From assembly GCF_964355755.1 (NCBI RefSeq), contig NC_092675.1:7993812-8057811 (forward strand): a stretch of 64,000 bases of DNA, in the 5' to 3' direction. The notes under the pieces were generated by a model, which was given only the letters and a program-made list of their open reading frames with translations, did not search any database and was not told where the DNA came from. Below are positions 1-12,918 of this stretch, one piece after another. Source of the DNA: Antedon mediterranea. Its lineage: Eukaryota > Animalia > Echinodermata. The translations under genes and the position numbers were made by a program. Numbering within the stretch: position 1 is the first letter of the stretch; each line of letters starts with the position of its first letter.

Positions 1-2141
1 ACTCACAACTATGTCATCAGTATCACTTTCTTGTTCGGGTATTAGTACAGTGCAATGCCATTGCATTCATCACATGTAGTTCTAGTTACCCCTGAATGCT
101 TCAAGGAGATACTCAGGTGCTGGCTTTAAGTCTGTGTGTAGAGAAACCATGTTTCCATCATCTGATCTTCCATCCCCAGTCCTCGGTACACATATCAACC
201 CCACTCCATTGCTAAAAGATAACTTGAACTTGAACATGATGTTAAGTACCTTGGTTGTGGTACGACTATGAAGTTGGCGATATGCGAGGTTGTACTTGTA
301 GATGGGATGGAGTCAAAGGCATTCCACGCTGTCCAGGTCGTCCATTGTACAGACACACTAAATCATTTTCTCTAGCAACCACAATGTCATCCTTTGTATC
401 TTGTTTGCATCTGAAGACTACAGCATAATGTCAGAAATAAGTGCAATGACAAGCTTTTTTTAGAGCCACTTGTTTTCCAATTCCGAAAACTCTGGATGTT
501 GTGTCACCAGTATCGCATGAGCAAACAGAAGGTTATCACAGATGTCTCTAAAAAGTCATCGGATACAGATGTTTTCCTGTTTGCTGATTCAATGGTTTTT
601 TTGTACTATCCGAAATAACATCTGCATCAGCAGCTGCATTCACTCATTGCCATGTTGTTCAATTACTAGTTACGAAGATTTATAAATTGTTGTTTGTTAC
701 AGAAAGTGATCCTATTTTGTGGAACATGTCACTGGTAAAATGTACAGGGACACTACCACATGACCCGCCTTACCATGTGCGCCGTCTTTGGCGCTTTCAT
801 AATCATCAAAGACTATGATGGCAGAGCAATATTTTTTACAGATCGCATCATAAGTCTCTACACTATTCCATGGAATGCTGTGAAGTAGAGTACTACCATC
901 TAAAATGTAGGCTTACTGGACAGCATTCTGTGAGTTGGATGTGTTAGACTATTCATAAGAAGTTGTTTCCACATGGCATCATGTTGGTTTATTAGCTGAA
1001 AGTATTGTAAGTTGGTAGTTTCAAAAAGTGCTGGTGGATAACAAAGTTCATGTTCAAAAACTTCCTTGTTGTCACCTCGAGTCTCCTCTGGAACTGTAGG
1101 ATCTATGCACACATATTTGCCTGTATGTACTTTATTGCCAGGATCTTGAATACATTGCAAGACTTTCTGGCCTAACATCCTTCCAAAATATTCAATGCTT
1201 AATACCGCATTGCCAATATTCCGAGTCACCTGCAGTAACTCCCATGTCAATGGTATGAAGTCTCTGAGTCGTAACCAAATGGATTTTTCAATTGCCATTG
1301 TGTTCCTGACGTGTGGCCACAAGGTCTTATGTTGGCCGCTGTTGGAGTAACGCCCTGATACTATTGCAAAGGCATTACATACAGCGCAGATTTGGTCTGA
1401 ATGTACTCATTCCTAAATCTCTTGTCAAACCTGGTTTTCTTTGAGGCTTCTCATAGAAACCTTTTCAATCACCAGGTCTGTTGACAATCCAGCCCAGATG
1501 GTTCCGAATGTCATACAACATGGAGGTCATTGTCAAACTGCTGTTGAACATCTTTGTATTTCTACTGGTTAAAAAATCGTTAAAATACTTATACGTCCCA
1601 ATATAAATAGTGTAACCATGGCAACACAAATGCCATCTGGAAAAAATGGAATGTAGATCATCGAGAAGTAACAGGAACGGAGATGTCACTCATCTGCATC
1701 TTGAGCTGGTCATGTGTATCGCTTTGGACTGAAATGTTCACCCCATGGGTATCCCTGTGTATATACCATTGTTGTTTACAGCGAAAACAACATTTTTAGC
1801 CAAAATTGAAACATTTTGTTGTGTTTTTCCGCAAAAATGACATGCTAAATAAAATGTTATGACTATAAGTTTGATATCACTGAATAGGAAATTTAATAAG
1901 CTTTCGGATGATATAAATCACACTTGTATATAATGTATTTCAAATGGTTAAATATATGTAATTAATGGGGCATATTAATTTTGACTTAAAATGACCTTTA
2001 TTGACCTCTGACCCCTTGACCCAATGCTTGGATTTTCGGTGACTTTTAGTATGTCGTTCTACACTTTATATGGAATTCAAAAATACTTGCTTTGTTACTA
2101 TTGCAATTTGTGGTGGGTATATCATTAGATTGACTGGACTA
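1..2141 (-). mobile_element. Decayed Academ (AcademX-type) DNA transposon, truncated by window start
   Basis: Minus strand gives frameshifted fragments typical of the Academ ORF: HELCYPPALFE (ORF 900-1322), an XPG/H3TH-like LLFAHAIL..DTTSRVFGIGKQVALKK (about 455-532), and DWGW...PAPEYLL plus a Cys remnant near 1-190. The element end at 2141 reads TAGTCCAGTCAATC on the minus strand, which matches my recollection of Academ termini. Many stops and frameshifts. Confidence 0.7.
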
Positions 2142-3088
2142 TCACGTATGTATGGCCTACCTAATTAATACATTGAGTACATACACAACTACTCGTCGAT
2201 TTGGAATTATTTCTTTAAAAATACAATCTTTATTGAAATCAACAATACGCTGAGAACAGACTTAAAATTGTGATTGATTTGTGTCAGGGTAGCAAAGTAC
2301 TGCACGTGCGCACCTCAATTATGTTGCGCGTGCGTTGTGTGTCTATAAAAACTGATCAGGGAGGTATATAAATATAGACTGATAGACCTAGAGTGTTTCA
2401 TTTAATAATAATTATAAGTTCAAACGACGGGCTTACGATTGACAGGAAGGCAGATTTCCTACTGGCCGTCATGCCCTGCCACTTAAACCTGTAGAAGAAA
2501 TTATGCATCGGAAAATATCCCACACATGAGCCTAAAAAATGTAAAGACATATGTTATGTTTAGCAGAAAATACTTACAATACGTTATGGTATTGCACAAC
2601 TGGTCATCAAAGATGTACACAATATGTGCGTTTAATCTGCCCAATGACAAATCGAGGTCGTAGAGAGTTAATAAAAGCTATTATATAGTTTTAAACTTGT
2701 TTACGTTTTACAAAACACACTGGTAATGAATAAATTGCATGCAGACTTAACGTGGACATTGTCCGAGTATCAATTGGTCAGTATGAATGACCAATCATTT
2801 TAGTGAAATCGTTGTTCCTAGGGAAAACTTTAGTGAAACAAACGTTTAAAATAAATGTAAATAAAGATCTTCAGTGGGCCTGTCGAAGGTAACATTGGTA
2901 AATGTAGAGTGTTTACTTTGTGTTTCTATCAATTTATACACATGTATTATTAGAGCCCCTATCAACTTTTTGTTTGATTGATTTTCCTTTCTTTGTTCAT
3001 TTATTGTGAGTGGAGTGGTACAGTATGTGACGTGTCTAAAATAAGTCGGCTTAATGGCTTTGAAGAAAAAGCGCACCTGTAATACTTA

Positions 3089-3306
3089 AGCGTGGTTCCC
3101 ACTAGAAACGCAACGCAACGTAACGCAACGACGTATTGACGCAAAGTGCTGTATTGCGTAATCACAAGTGGGAACCGACGATGCAACATTGCTGCAAACG
3201 TCGCAGGTTTGATTTCACGCAGGCGGGGGCAAACACAATTATTGGAAGGGAATTTTCTTACGTTGCGTAGATTGCGTTACGTTGCGTCGCTAGTGGGAAC
3301 CAAGCT
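3089..3306. mobile_element. PIF/Harbinger-type MITE (family A)
   Basis: TIRs AGCGTGGTTCCCACTAG ... CTAGTGGGAACCAAGCT (17 bp, 1 mismatch). TTA target duplication on both sides. Internal ACGCA/TGCGT repeats. Confidence 0.8.
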
Positions 3307-6300
3307 TTAGTAATTCCACATTTAATGACATTAGATGGACCACACAATGGATTCTATTCATATATAATCCATGACCACATTAAGAAACGCATATTTGTGT
3401 AAAACCTAGAGATCGCTATAGGTAAAACCAGAATGGTCAAAGTGTCAGAAACCTCAATGGTCAAAGTGTCAAAGACTGTCAATCTGTTATCTATTACGGT
3501 GAAAGGACCGGAAGAGTTACGTAACCTTCTTCTACATCTTGATGTTTCGTCCGGAAACTCGGTGTGGTTACTGCGCAGACGCAGTAGTTATGGGGAACCT
3601 AGATTTTATGAATTTTAATCACTTTTTTGATGTGGTTGATTTTCCTTTTGTTTTTGTATGACTTTTTCGTGTTTGATTGTTTTTTGCATAAATTTGTATT
3701 ACTATAACGTATTGATATTTTTCTATGTTAATGTTTTGATGTTTTTGTGTACTTTTTATACTGATTTTATGTAAATGCAATACTTCTTCTGCTGCTTTTT
3801 GTATATATGTTTTTTTATACCGAAATAAATAAATAAATAAATAAATAAATAGATGTACTTACTGTAATCAATTTTAACGTATATAGCCATCGTTGCAATT
3901 AATATAGCTTGTTTCTCTTTAAATTATTTATTGTTTTTAATAACCACTCATTAGAGATTGCAAATTGAAAGTGCTGTGACTTAGTTATGGGAGTGAAATG
4001 AAAATAAAGATTTCTTTTAAATACGATGTATATTGTAGTTTCGATTGTACAGTAGAGTCGAACAAAGTAATATTATAAAAAAAAGATGGTACCGGATAAT
4101 GAATTTGAGAACATACATTTTCAATAAAACTTTAATACAAAAACAGAAAATATTTAATTATTATCTTAATTTATTTTGGGGGCCGGATCGAACATTTCTA
4201 TAGACTTAAGATTTATTCTTCTATTTTATTAGTTGTATTTTATCATGAAGATTATATTAAACATTCCAAAGTTTTCTAAATATATGATTATAAAAACAAC
4301 GTACGTAAAAGCAATAATAGATTAGAAACCGGAGAAACAATCCATATACATGGATGATGCAGTCGCGTGCTCAAGTTAGTGCTTACCGACCAACCGACCA
4401 ACCAACCGACCGACATAGTGAGCTGTAGAGTCGCGTGCAAACTGTATTCCGGTAGTATAACGTAGGCCTACAGAGTGCCTAATTGACTGTGTCTGTAATT
4501 AAGAAATACAGTGCTGCGGTATCTCATCAAATATAGTTGTGCAATAATCTTGAGTCATATCTATATTCTGAAATGAGAATATAATAACATTACGACTTTC
4601 GTTGCTTGTTTCGATTTCATCAGGTGTGTTTAATACAAAGCTAAAAACAGCAGTGAAAGCATTAAACACATAATTATTTGAAAGCAAGAGTATGGATAAT
4701 TGGTTATGTTCATATTATCTGTAAATCAGAGAAAACAATATTATTTAGAAGAGTTGTTTGTTTGTTTGCAGGCCTGTATTTAGAAAAAAAATTTTATTGA
4801 CATAGTACAATTAATGAGAAAAACATCAATATATCTTTCAATCCCTTTTAATTAATTCTGGGGACTTTGTTTGCCCGTTTGCCAAATCACTGAGTAGTAT
4901 AGGCCTACAAACAATGGTTTAATTATATTCACAATAAAAGAGGCCACCTTGTAAGCCTATTAAAATAGTAGGGACTTGCCATGGAGTTACCGAAACTGAT
5001 ACAATTATAGATAAGATCTTAGCTGTTTAATTTCTAAGTACTTATAATGAAGAAATGCGGTAATTACCATTATGAAACGTTTTGTTTTTATTGTCAACCT
5101 GTCGGTTTGTCTGTTTGACGTCACAGCTTTCTTCTAGCTTTCAGTCAGAAATGATTAACTAACAAAGATCAGTCAAAACGTAAATGATTAAAACTCTTTT
5201 TTTGGGAGGTTTCAACATTAATCTGTAGCCTATTTGAAATGTCTGAGTTCTAAATTAATACCCGTCAACCTAAATATTTAAGTCCATATATTCTCCAGAA
5301 GACGTTTGTAGCAACCATTTGAAACACCGCAAACCTATTAATACTAGATTAGGCCTATTTTAGCCTAGAAATAATATTCAAGTAACATTCAAGTAAACAC
5401 ATGTACACCATCTCAGTCATATGACTTTATAAAATCACTAATTGATTCCGATAAGAAATTTTAAATGTCAAAACTCATAAGCTCGCTCATTTATCATAGT
5501 TGTTTCCTCATGTCGAATTCCCAATTATGTTTTTTTGACGTTATGTAAAATTGTGTTAAACTAAATACTTAAAGCTCAGGTACAGGCATGACTTTTAAAC
5601 ATAATATCTGGTTAATTGTACATAAATCAAATATTTGTAATAGAAATATAGAAGAAAAAACATTAATTTCCCTTAAAATGGTCAAATACAAAATTTGGTA
5701 AAATTCTGCTATAGAGGCCCTAAAACCAGGAAGACTTTTTAGTGATTTTGCTGTGTAATTTTATCTATCCCCCCCCCCCCCCCCACTGATATAAGAAAGT
5801 GCTTATTTGCAACAGGCTCGTGTAACACAAATACAATCCTAAAAATTATGAAACATAGTGGAAACTATATATCGATAATTATTGGAATGTATGATCAATA
5901 GAAATGTTTTGCCCGCACCTGGCCTTTAACACAAACACCCTTCCGTGATACTCGTAATCAGAAGCTGGCGCTTTCCATGATATGAAAGAGAGGCATGTTT
6001 TAACACTATAAACACCTATTATAGGGGACACTTTTCAACATACCATATTAAGGGGATTTGTTGGCCTAGAAAGACTTTTCACCTCGATAGGTTTTTTTAC
6101 TGTAATTCCTGTGTTGTATGTAATACCATGTCCCGTCAACCATGTACTCTTTTTTGCTTGCATGAGCCCTAGCATTACTATGGAGTAATCACATCCTAAT
6201 ATTGTTATATGAATATGATACTGCACCACTCAAACATACTTAAGTAGGTCTACAGTCAATTAATGTTACACTAGAGTCTGTTGTGACCAACATTACGACT

Positions 6301-6607
6301 TCAATTTCCTAGTTTTCCTTCCTTCCTTATTTCCCAGTCACATTGAGGACCTGTATCTGATAATTACTTAACCACCCGATTCTCGTATAGGCCTACAGGC
6401 ATTATCTGTCATATGCAAATTCTTAGTGTAATGCAATGTCACATATGTATCACATGGCGCCTGTATTATGTTAATTAATATAATTAATATGCATACTTAT
6501 AGCCTATGATACAGGCATTGCGATAACAAATATCTACATAATTTACCTATGATAGAAACTGTGCCAATTTTATATACAGTACCAACAACCGGCTAGTCTC
6601 ATACTTA

Positions 6608-6749
6608 AGCTTGGTTCCCACTAGGACGCAAGGACGTGAGTGATTTGACCAATCTCAAGCAATGGATTATTCGAAAAATCGCGTGTGATTGGTCAACTCG
6701 CTTGCGTTGCGTCTACGTCCCTGCGTTACGTCCTAGTGAGAACCAGGCT
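6608..6749. mobile_element. PIF/Harbinger-type MITE (family A)
   Basis: AGCTTGGTTCCCACTAG ... CTAGTGAGAACCAGGCT, with TTA on both flanks. Internal ttgaccaatc/gattggtcaa inverted repeat. Confidence 0.8.
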
Positions 6750-7909
6750 TTAATATAGTTAATTGTTGTTATACTTATTGGCATAATTGTGATCAACATT
6801 ATTGTTTCAATTTGTTTTAATTACACATTAACAATATCAGTGTTGTTTATCACCGTTTACTATTGTACAATAGACCAGAGGATATGATTTCCTTGTATCT
6901 GAACGTATGGGATTGTTCAATATTGACTCAACATCTTTACTGCTCATTATCTGTCGGGTTTCTTACGTATGTCTAATACCAACTTAGTATTTCGAGACAG
7001 GTCACTTGGTTTCATAATGTTGAGCGAGACGTGAGACATTCTAAAATAATGGAACATTCGGACATATAGATGAACATTCGAACTCACTCCGCACTATTCA
7101 TGGATGATATTGAACTACTCAATGGTGGCGCTGTGCAGTAAAAACGTATCCTCAATCAGTGGTACTTTCCTAGTGACAACAATATAGGTCCATGGCCATA
7201 TAACAAAGTTCGTTTGTTGAAAGAATCAACCAAGAACCAAGGATGGCCATTGTATCTACACTTAAAAGTATTTTCTGTCAGTCCAACATATGTTTCAACT
7301 TTGTTAGTGTCATTTCTTGTGACAGTGGCCTGGTATACTACACCACTTGTTTAGCATTTCCCATCTAAAAGGCAAATCAAATACAAATATATAAACTGAA
7401 AGATACACAAATTATGATAAATAAGTTAACAAACGTTTCATAACTAAATAACTTTTTTATTAAACATGCAATATATTTTGGAGGGGGCGCTGCTCCATGC
7501 TGTGAAATGGCGTCGCCCAGTTTGACCTTTTAACCCTGTACTTCCGATACTGTTTTGAATGCAAATTGAAGAACAGGAGATTCTTGTGTTATAAGTTCTT
7601 TGGTATCAATGCAATAGAATCAGATTTGAGAATGGGTCTCCAAATATTGTCGATAATCGAATTAATGGTCTTGTTGGGCCTATCCCCAATTTTATTTTAA
7701 TACGAATTAATTCTCACAATTAAAATCGAATTACCATAACATTTTCAAATCTATTGGCATACAATATTTATTCATTGGTCAAAAATAAATAAAATTATTA
7801 GATTAACTTTCTCAGGGACAGATTTACAAGGAGCGCTAATATAGTTTAAGAAGGCGGTCGTTATAGTTCACTCTTTCTGTTGCATTGTTTTGATTCTCTC
7901 AATCTCTTA

Positions 7910-8004
7910 TGCTTGATTCCCACTAGAGAAGCAACGTTTGTGATTGGTCAACACACTTGTGTTGCGTTTACGTCCTTGCGTTGCGTCCTAACGGGAACCA
8001 AGCT
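7910..8004. mobile_element. Internally deleted MITE family A copy
   Basis: gcttgattcccactag ... cctaacgggaaccaagct followed by tta. Shares the gattggtcaa core. More degenerate copies lie at about 8311-8430 and 12240-12370. Confidence 0.65.
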
Positions 8005-9019
8005 TTACCAGTAGGCCTACGTATCCACATAATGATTTAAATACAAAGTTATATAATTAGAATATTGGATATTCATTAATTTATTGTAGCTATAAGTGTA
8101 GTGGGTACATCTACCCCATGAATCCGCCCCTCTCTGTATTAACAACTTGTATAATCTACGTACCGAGTTTTGAACTGTGAAACCTACACCAATTAGTTGG
8201 TTAATTGATCATTTTATTTTAGAATAACAAAATTCCATATCAAAAAAAAAAAAAGAAAAAAGGAAGATCACACTAAAATAGTATTTTCTCCCATTTAGTG
8301 AATAGATAAGAGCTTGGTTTACATTAGCATGACTCAACGTAAGCTGCGAAGTATGCGAATTGACCAGTCAAAAGCGATGGATTATTCTTCGCTTACGACT
8401 GGTCAATTCGCTTGCGTTGCGGCTTCGTCCTTATAATTATTTGCGTCCTATAATGACTGCCTGTAGTAAAAATGGATATGTTAAAACCAATTAATTTTAT
8501 CACTGAATAATTTCCAATAAAATAATTCGAGTGTAACTCCAAATAAAAGAGACAGAACACATTTTTATCCCATTGTTTTGATTTGTCGACTTGAAATTGA
8601 CTAATACCGTATAGCTTAAGACTTTCAATGAACTGACCGACCAATCAATGGTTTTTTAAGTTAAACTTATAAACCTCGATTTAGTAGATCATTTTAAACT
8701 TCAGTATGTTATAAGTGGATACGTCTTAATATCATTTCAAATGTAAACCGCATTACTAAACCGGTTTCTTCAAATGCATTATCAATATTGTTATATCAAA
8801 GTAATTTTGCCTCGTATTAATACGTGTGACGAGGAATCTAATTGTGTTTCAGTTCCGATTTACGACTTATTGCTATTATATGAGAAACCGCCAAGTAGAA
8901 TTAAGCCTTTGATAGATAGATAACCCGGTGTTTTCGGAACAAGTCACCGACAAAAGTTGGCCGGATTGTGATTTTCACATCAAGCCAGTAATTACGGTTT
9001 GTCTGAGAATGTGCCAAAC

Positions 9020-10939
9020 ATGAATAGCTTGTTGATGAAATTGTACGTATTTTATCAATGCTGTATGAGCATCGTAATATCTAGGGTAACATTCAGCATA
9101 CAACCCGTTGACACAACCGTAGATGTTGGCCAAGCCACGGTACTCTTCTGTTCCGTCACGGGTCGAAGTATATCACAACAGGTTGCCTGGGTAAAAGACG
9201 CAACTATCATCAGTTTGAATGGCCAGAACCCAACTTTTAGACCGCAAAACGGAAGATACTTTATCGATGCTAGTCCAGTGGACGGCGATTTTAATCTGGT
9301 TATAAGAGATGCAGACCCAGACGATGACGTCGGAATTTATTCCTGTTTTGTACCCTCTACAAGAGTTCTTTCCACATCTGCCAGACTAACTGTTAACTTC
9401 CCACCTGCCGATCAATTCCCAATATGTTCCACACACAAATCTGTTTATCGGGAAGGTAACGTTTTAAATGCCGATTGTTCATCGGGAAAAAGTCAACCAA
9501 CAGTGGATGTTATATGGAGTGACGGCGAGAACGAATTACCGAGTATAGTAAAAGTGGATACAGAATCAAGTATCGGTGTGACGTCAACGTATCAACGTGT
9601 ACTAACTTATGTTGACAACAATCGTGAATTTTATTGTCTACAAGATCACCCTTTGTTGTCGACAACAAAAATGTGTAAAATAGGACCATTAGATATACAC
9701 TACGCTCCAAAGAATATTCGATTATTTGCAGCGAATGCTATTGTTGTTAAAGGTTCTGTTTCGGTTACCTGCCAAGCTTCGGCAAACCCGGAAATATTTG
9801 AGTACGAATGGGAGGTTTATGGATCTCTCTCCCCAGATCGGTTTAATATTCTCGACAGTATTTTAACTATAGATAGCATTAAGGCCTCTGACAACGGTAC
9901 AAATATATCATGTAACGCTGTAAATAATTTTGGGTCAGGAAGTGCGTATTTTGTGATTGTCATTGACAGCAATATGTTAGAGCAAGGGAATGTGTCGACA
10001 GGTCTTTCCGCTGGGGCGCTGATAGCAGTTGTAGTAAGTGTATCACTTGTAGCATTCTCGATTCTAATTATACTATGCGTGTTCAGAAAGCGAAATACAG
10101 ATAAACCAACACGGCCTGCTGTAGAAGCCCACTTGGAATCTGTTCTACAGAGGCATGTCGACACCCAACGTAAAAAATCTCTCACAGAAGTAAACACTGC
10201 AGAGAAGAATCCAGAAAACTTAACTGAGCTACAGTTACAGTTAAATACCAGTAAACCTACCGAGCCGAATAGAGAAAGTGTCAGACAGTCACCTTTGAAT
10301 AAAGGGAGTATAAAATCATCGCTTTCTAAAAAAGACAGTAAGAAACCAAATACTTTGAATACATCTACTGGCAGTGTAAAACCATCTCATCCAATTAATA
10401 AAGGGAGCATAAAACCAAGTATTTCCAAGAAACCTAATTTAGGAGATATCAATAAACGCAACGTGCCAAAATCAACTATTGACGAAAGAAGGAAAGATGA
10501 ATCCGCAACCGGTAGGATTAAAAAGTCGCAACAAAGTTTTAAGAAGGACAATTTAGGAGATATTCAAGAGAACAACGTGTCAAAACTTGGGGAGAGAAAG
10601 AAAGATGAATCAGTTAAAGGAACAAAACTATCTAAATCTAGAAAGAAACCCCATTTGGGAGATATGGAAGAAAGTGGAGTCAAACCATCTTTTGACGAAA
10701 GAAAGGTAGATGATTCCGAGACATATGCAATCGTCCTGTCTGGTAATTCAAATACTAGTGCGATTCAACCCCATCCTATCAATACCAGTGAGTACGCATC
10801 ACCGGAAAAAACACCAGACAAATCTAATAAAAATGTGGAAGGGCTAACATACGCAGATTTAGATTTTGGAAATATGAAACAGTCAAAAAAATCACAAACA
10901 CCCGAGCCAACAACGATATACGCTGATGTGAAGATTTAA
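9020..10939 (+). CDS. Intronless type-I membrane Ig-superfamily receptor (3 Ig domains, TM, ITIM+ITSM tail); SIRP/nectin/KIRREL-like architecture
   Basis: Uninterrupted ORF with first ATG at 9020 and a weak signal peptide. Ig1 C..W..DVGIYSC, Ig2 C..W..EFYC, Ig3 C..W..NISC. Hydrophobic TM ALIAVVVSVSLVAFSILIILCVF followed by RKR. The long Lys/Ser-rich tail ends in SEYASP, LTYADL and TIYADV. Confidence 0.9.
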   Translation: MNSLLMKLYVFYQCCMSIVISRVTFSIQPVDTTVDVGQATVLFCSVTGRSISQQVAWVKDATIISLNGQNPTFRPQNGRYFIDASPVDGDFNLVIRDADPDDDVGIYSCFVPSTRVLSTSARLTVNFPPADQFPICSTHKSVYREGNVLNADCSSGKSQPTVDVIWSDGENELPSIVKVDTESSIGVTSTYQRVLTYVDNNREFYCLQDHPLLSTTKMCKIGPLDIHYAPKNIRLFAANAIVVKGSVSVTCQASANPEIFEYEWEVYGSLSPDRFNILDSILTIDSIKASDNGTNISCNAVNNFGSGSAYFVIVIDSNMLEQGNVSTGLSAGALIAVVVSVSLVAFSILIILCVFRKRNTDKPTRPAVEAHLESVLQRHVDTQRKKSLTEVNTAEKNPENLTELQLQLNTSKPTEPNRESVRQSPLNKGSIKSSLSKKDSKKPNTLNTSTGSVKPSHPINKGSIKPSISKKPNLGDINKRNVPKSTIDERRKDESATGRIKKSQQSFKKDNLGDIQENNVSKLGERKKDESVKGTKLSKSRKKPHLGDMEESGVKPSFDERKVDDSETYAIVLSGNSNTSAIQPHPINTSEYASPEKTPDKSNKNVEGLTYADLDFGNMKQSKKSQTPEPTTIYADVKI

Positions 10940-11644
10940 GGAAATATTAAATGTGTTTAAAATAACTCAAACAGAAACTAGACAAGACAGTAATCAACCT
11001 TTGAATGCATTAGCAACGTTTGAGCTTCTGCTGCCGCAAATTTATCATTAACCAATGAAAATTACGTATGATAAGTTCAAGATTACTTGTAAGTACCTTA
11101 GATGAGAATGATTGTTATTAGTCATCGATGTTTTAACGGAAATAGTTTGTGAAATAAGCCGCATAGCAGATTTTGAACATAAACATTATTGTATGAATTG
11201 TTCCAGTTGGTCATAATACACAATGCGTATACAAGGAAGATTCATCAAAAGTAGAAGCTATAGTTTAAATGTATGAATGCAGTTTATGTTTGCATTAATA
11301 ATGTGTAGGTCCATAATACAAATATTAAATATGTAGTATGGTACGCCAATGACGACGACACAGCCACAAAGAGACAATACATTTTATACGCACGTTCAGA
11401 GTTGGTAATACATACTGTACGCGCCAACCTTCGATACTTGATAAATACATGTTATTTAATATTACGTTACGATTATGCCAAAACAACAAACAGTTAGTTT
11501 ATAGTTATTTCCTGGATAAGCCATTGAGTGACGAACAATAGGCCTACCGTTGTTATTTTACATTGTAATGGGTCTGCTTTTAAATATTTGTATTCGCACA
11601 GTAGCATGCAACGATCGTAAATGTTGGTGTACTGTTAGGCCTAA

Positions 11645-11945
11645 GTGAGTGAGTGAGCCTCGAACCCCTGCCGATGTTATGGTTACGTAATTACGGTTTC
11701 ACTGTCTTAACCACTCCATGGTTCTGGTGGTAGAACGAGTCTTCTCGGATAAGGACTATAAACCGTAGGTCCAGTGTACACATCTAGCTCGTGTGCACTT
11801 TAAAGAACCTAGTACATCTTTCGAGACGAGTAGGGGGTTACCCCGGTGTATTAGTACATCACAGCCACTGATCACCAACTGGGCCCTCTGGGAGACCAGT
11901 CTTTGACTGAAGAGGTTACCCAGTATAAATATAAATATAAATTTC
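11645..11945 (+). mobile_element. tRNA-derived Deu/Nin-domain SINE with inverted 5' head
   Basis: Body TCTTCTCGGATAAGGACTATAAACCGTAGGTCC...TTTAAAGAACC...GAGTAGGGGGTTACCCCGGTG resembles the Deu/Nin SINE core and recurs elsewhere in the window. (TATAAA)n tail. The head at 11645-11714 is the reverse complement of the head in other copies. Confidence 0.75.
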
Positions 11946-12918
11946 AATAAATATAAATTTCAATACACAATACTTAAACACTATCCAATCCAAATGAAAT
12001 AGAGTGATTTTATTGCTATTCATCAATTAGAGTATAGATGTACAATGTAATCATTTAGTTTGAAATTTGGAGATGTTGATACAATTTTGAAATGTTAATA
12101 TTTAAATTGAGAGTGCAATACTTCAACTGTTTTATTGAAATTTTAGTATTCATAAACTATATTGATTTTGATTTAGTCATTTTAATGAAGGTGTCTGAAT
12201 GGGTTTCAAAACCACCACGTGCGTGGCTGTACATAGCTAAAACTGTGTTTCCACTAGGACACAATGTGCAATTGCAATATGACGGAAAAGCATCCGAACT
12301 GTCATTGTGATTGGTCACATGACTTACATTGCACGTATTTCTTTGCTTTGCGTCTAAAGTGAGACCCAAGTAAACCCATATATCGTACTTTGTATTATTG
12401 TACTGTTTGTTATGTTTGTTTTTACTATTTTTAAAATTTTGATTTGAGTTAGTAACCAAACAAAAAGATGTTATCAAAACAATGGTTCTAATTAGATTCA
12501 TTTCTATTACTCAGTTGTGATACTGATTTCCGATGATTATATTTTGAAGTATAATTGTATCACGAACGAAATGAGAGGCCACCATTACACAGGCTAATTA
12601 GAGTACATAATATCAAATAAGATGTATACAATTGTTTTGAAATAACTATTTTTTTTATTTTGAACATGCCACTTGATAATACTCCATTAAAATAACATGA
12701 TCCGATCAGTAACACGTATTTTTTATAACACAAATAAATGTATATTTGCCATTTGATTGGTTATTGTTGTATAACGTGTCGTGCGGTAGTTTTCACATTG
12801 CAATGATTCAATGTACAAGTAGATTTCTGGGACATGTTTTGTTTTTTTTGTTCGACGGGGTAGGCTGATGGTTATAATATACGATCGATACCCAAACTGT
12901 AGAGTGCGTCGATAATAA

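Noticed and set aside
900-1689. ORFs 900-1322 and 1465-1689 as host genes
   Set aside because: They are frameshifted remnants within the decayed Academ element.
4361-4440. (CCAA/CCGA)n tract between two AGTCGCGTGC motifs
   Set aside because: Probably a small Helentron-type remnant, but too short to support a call.
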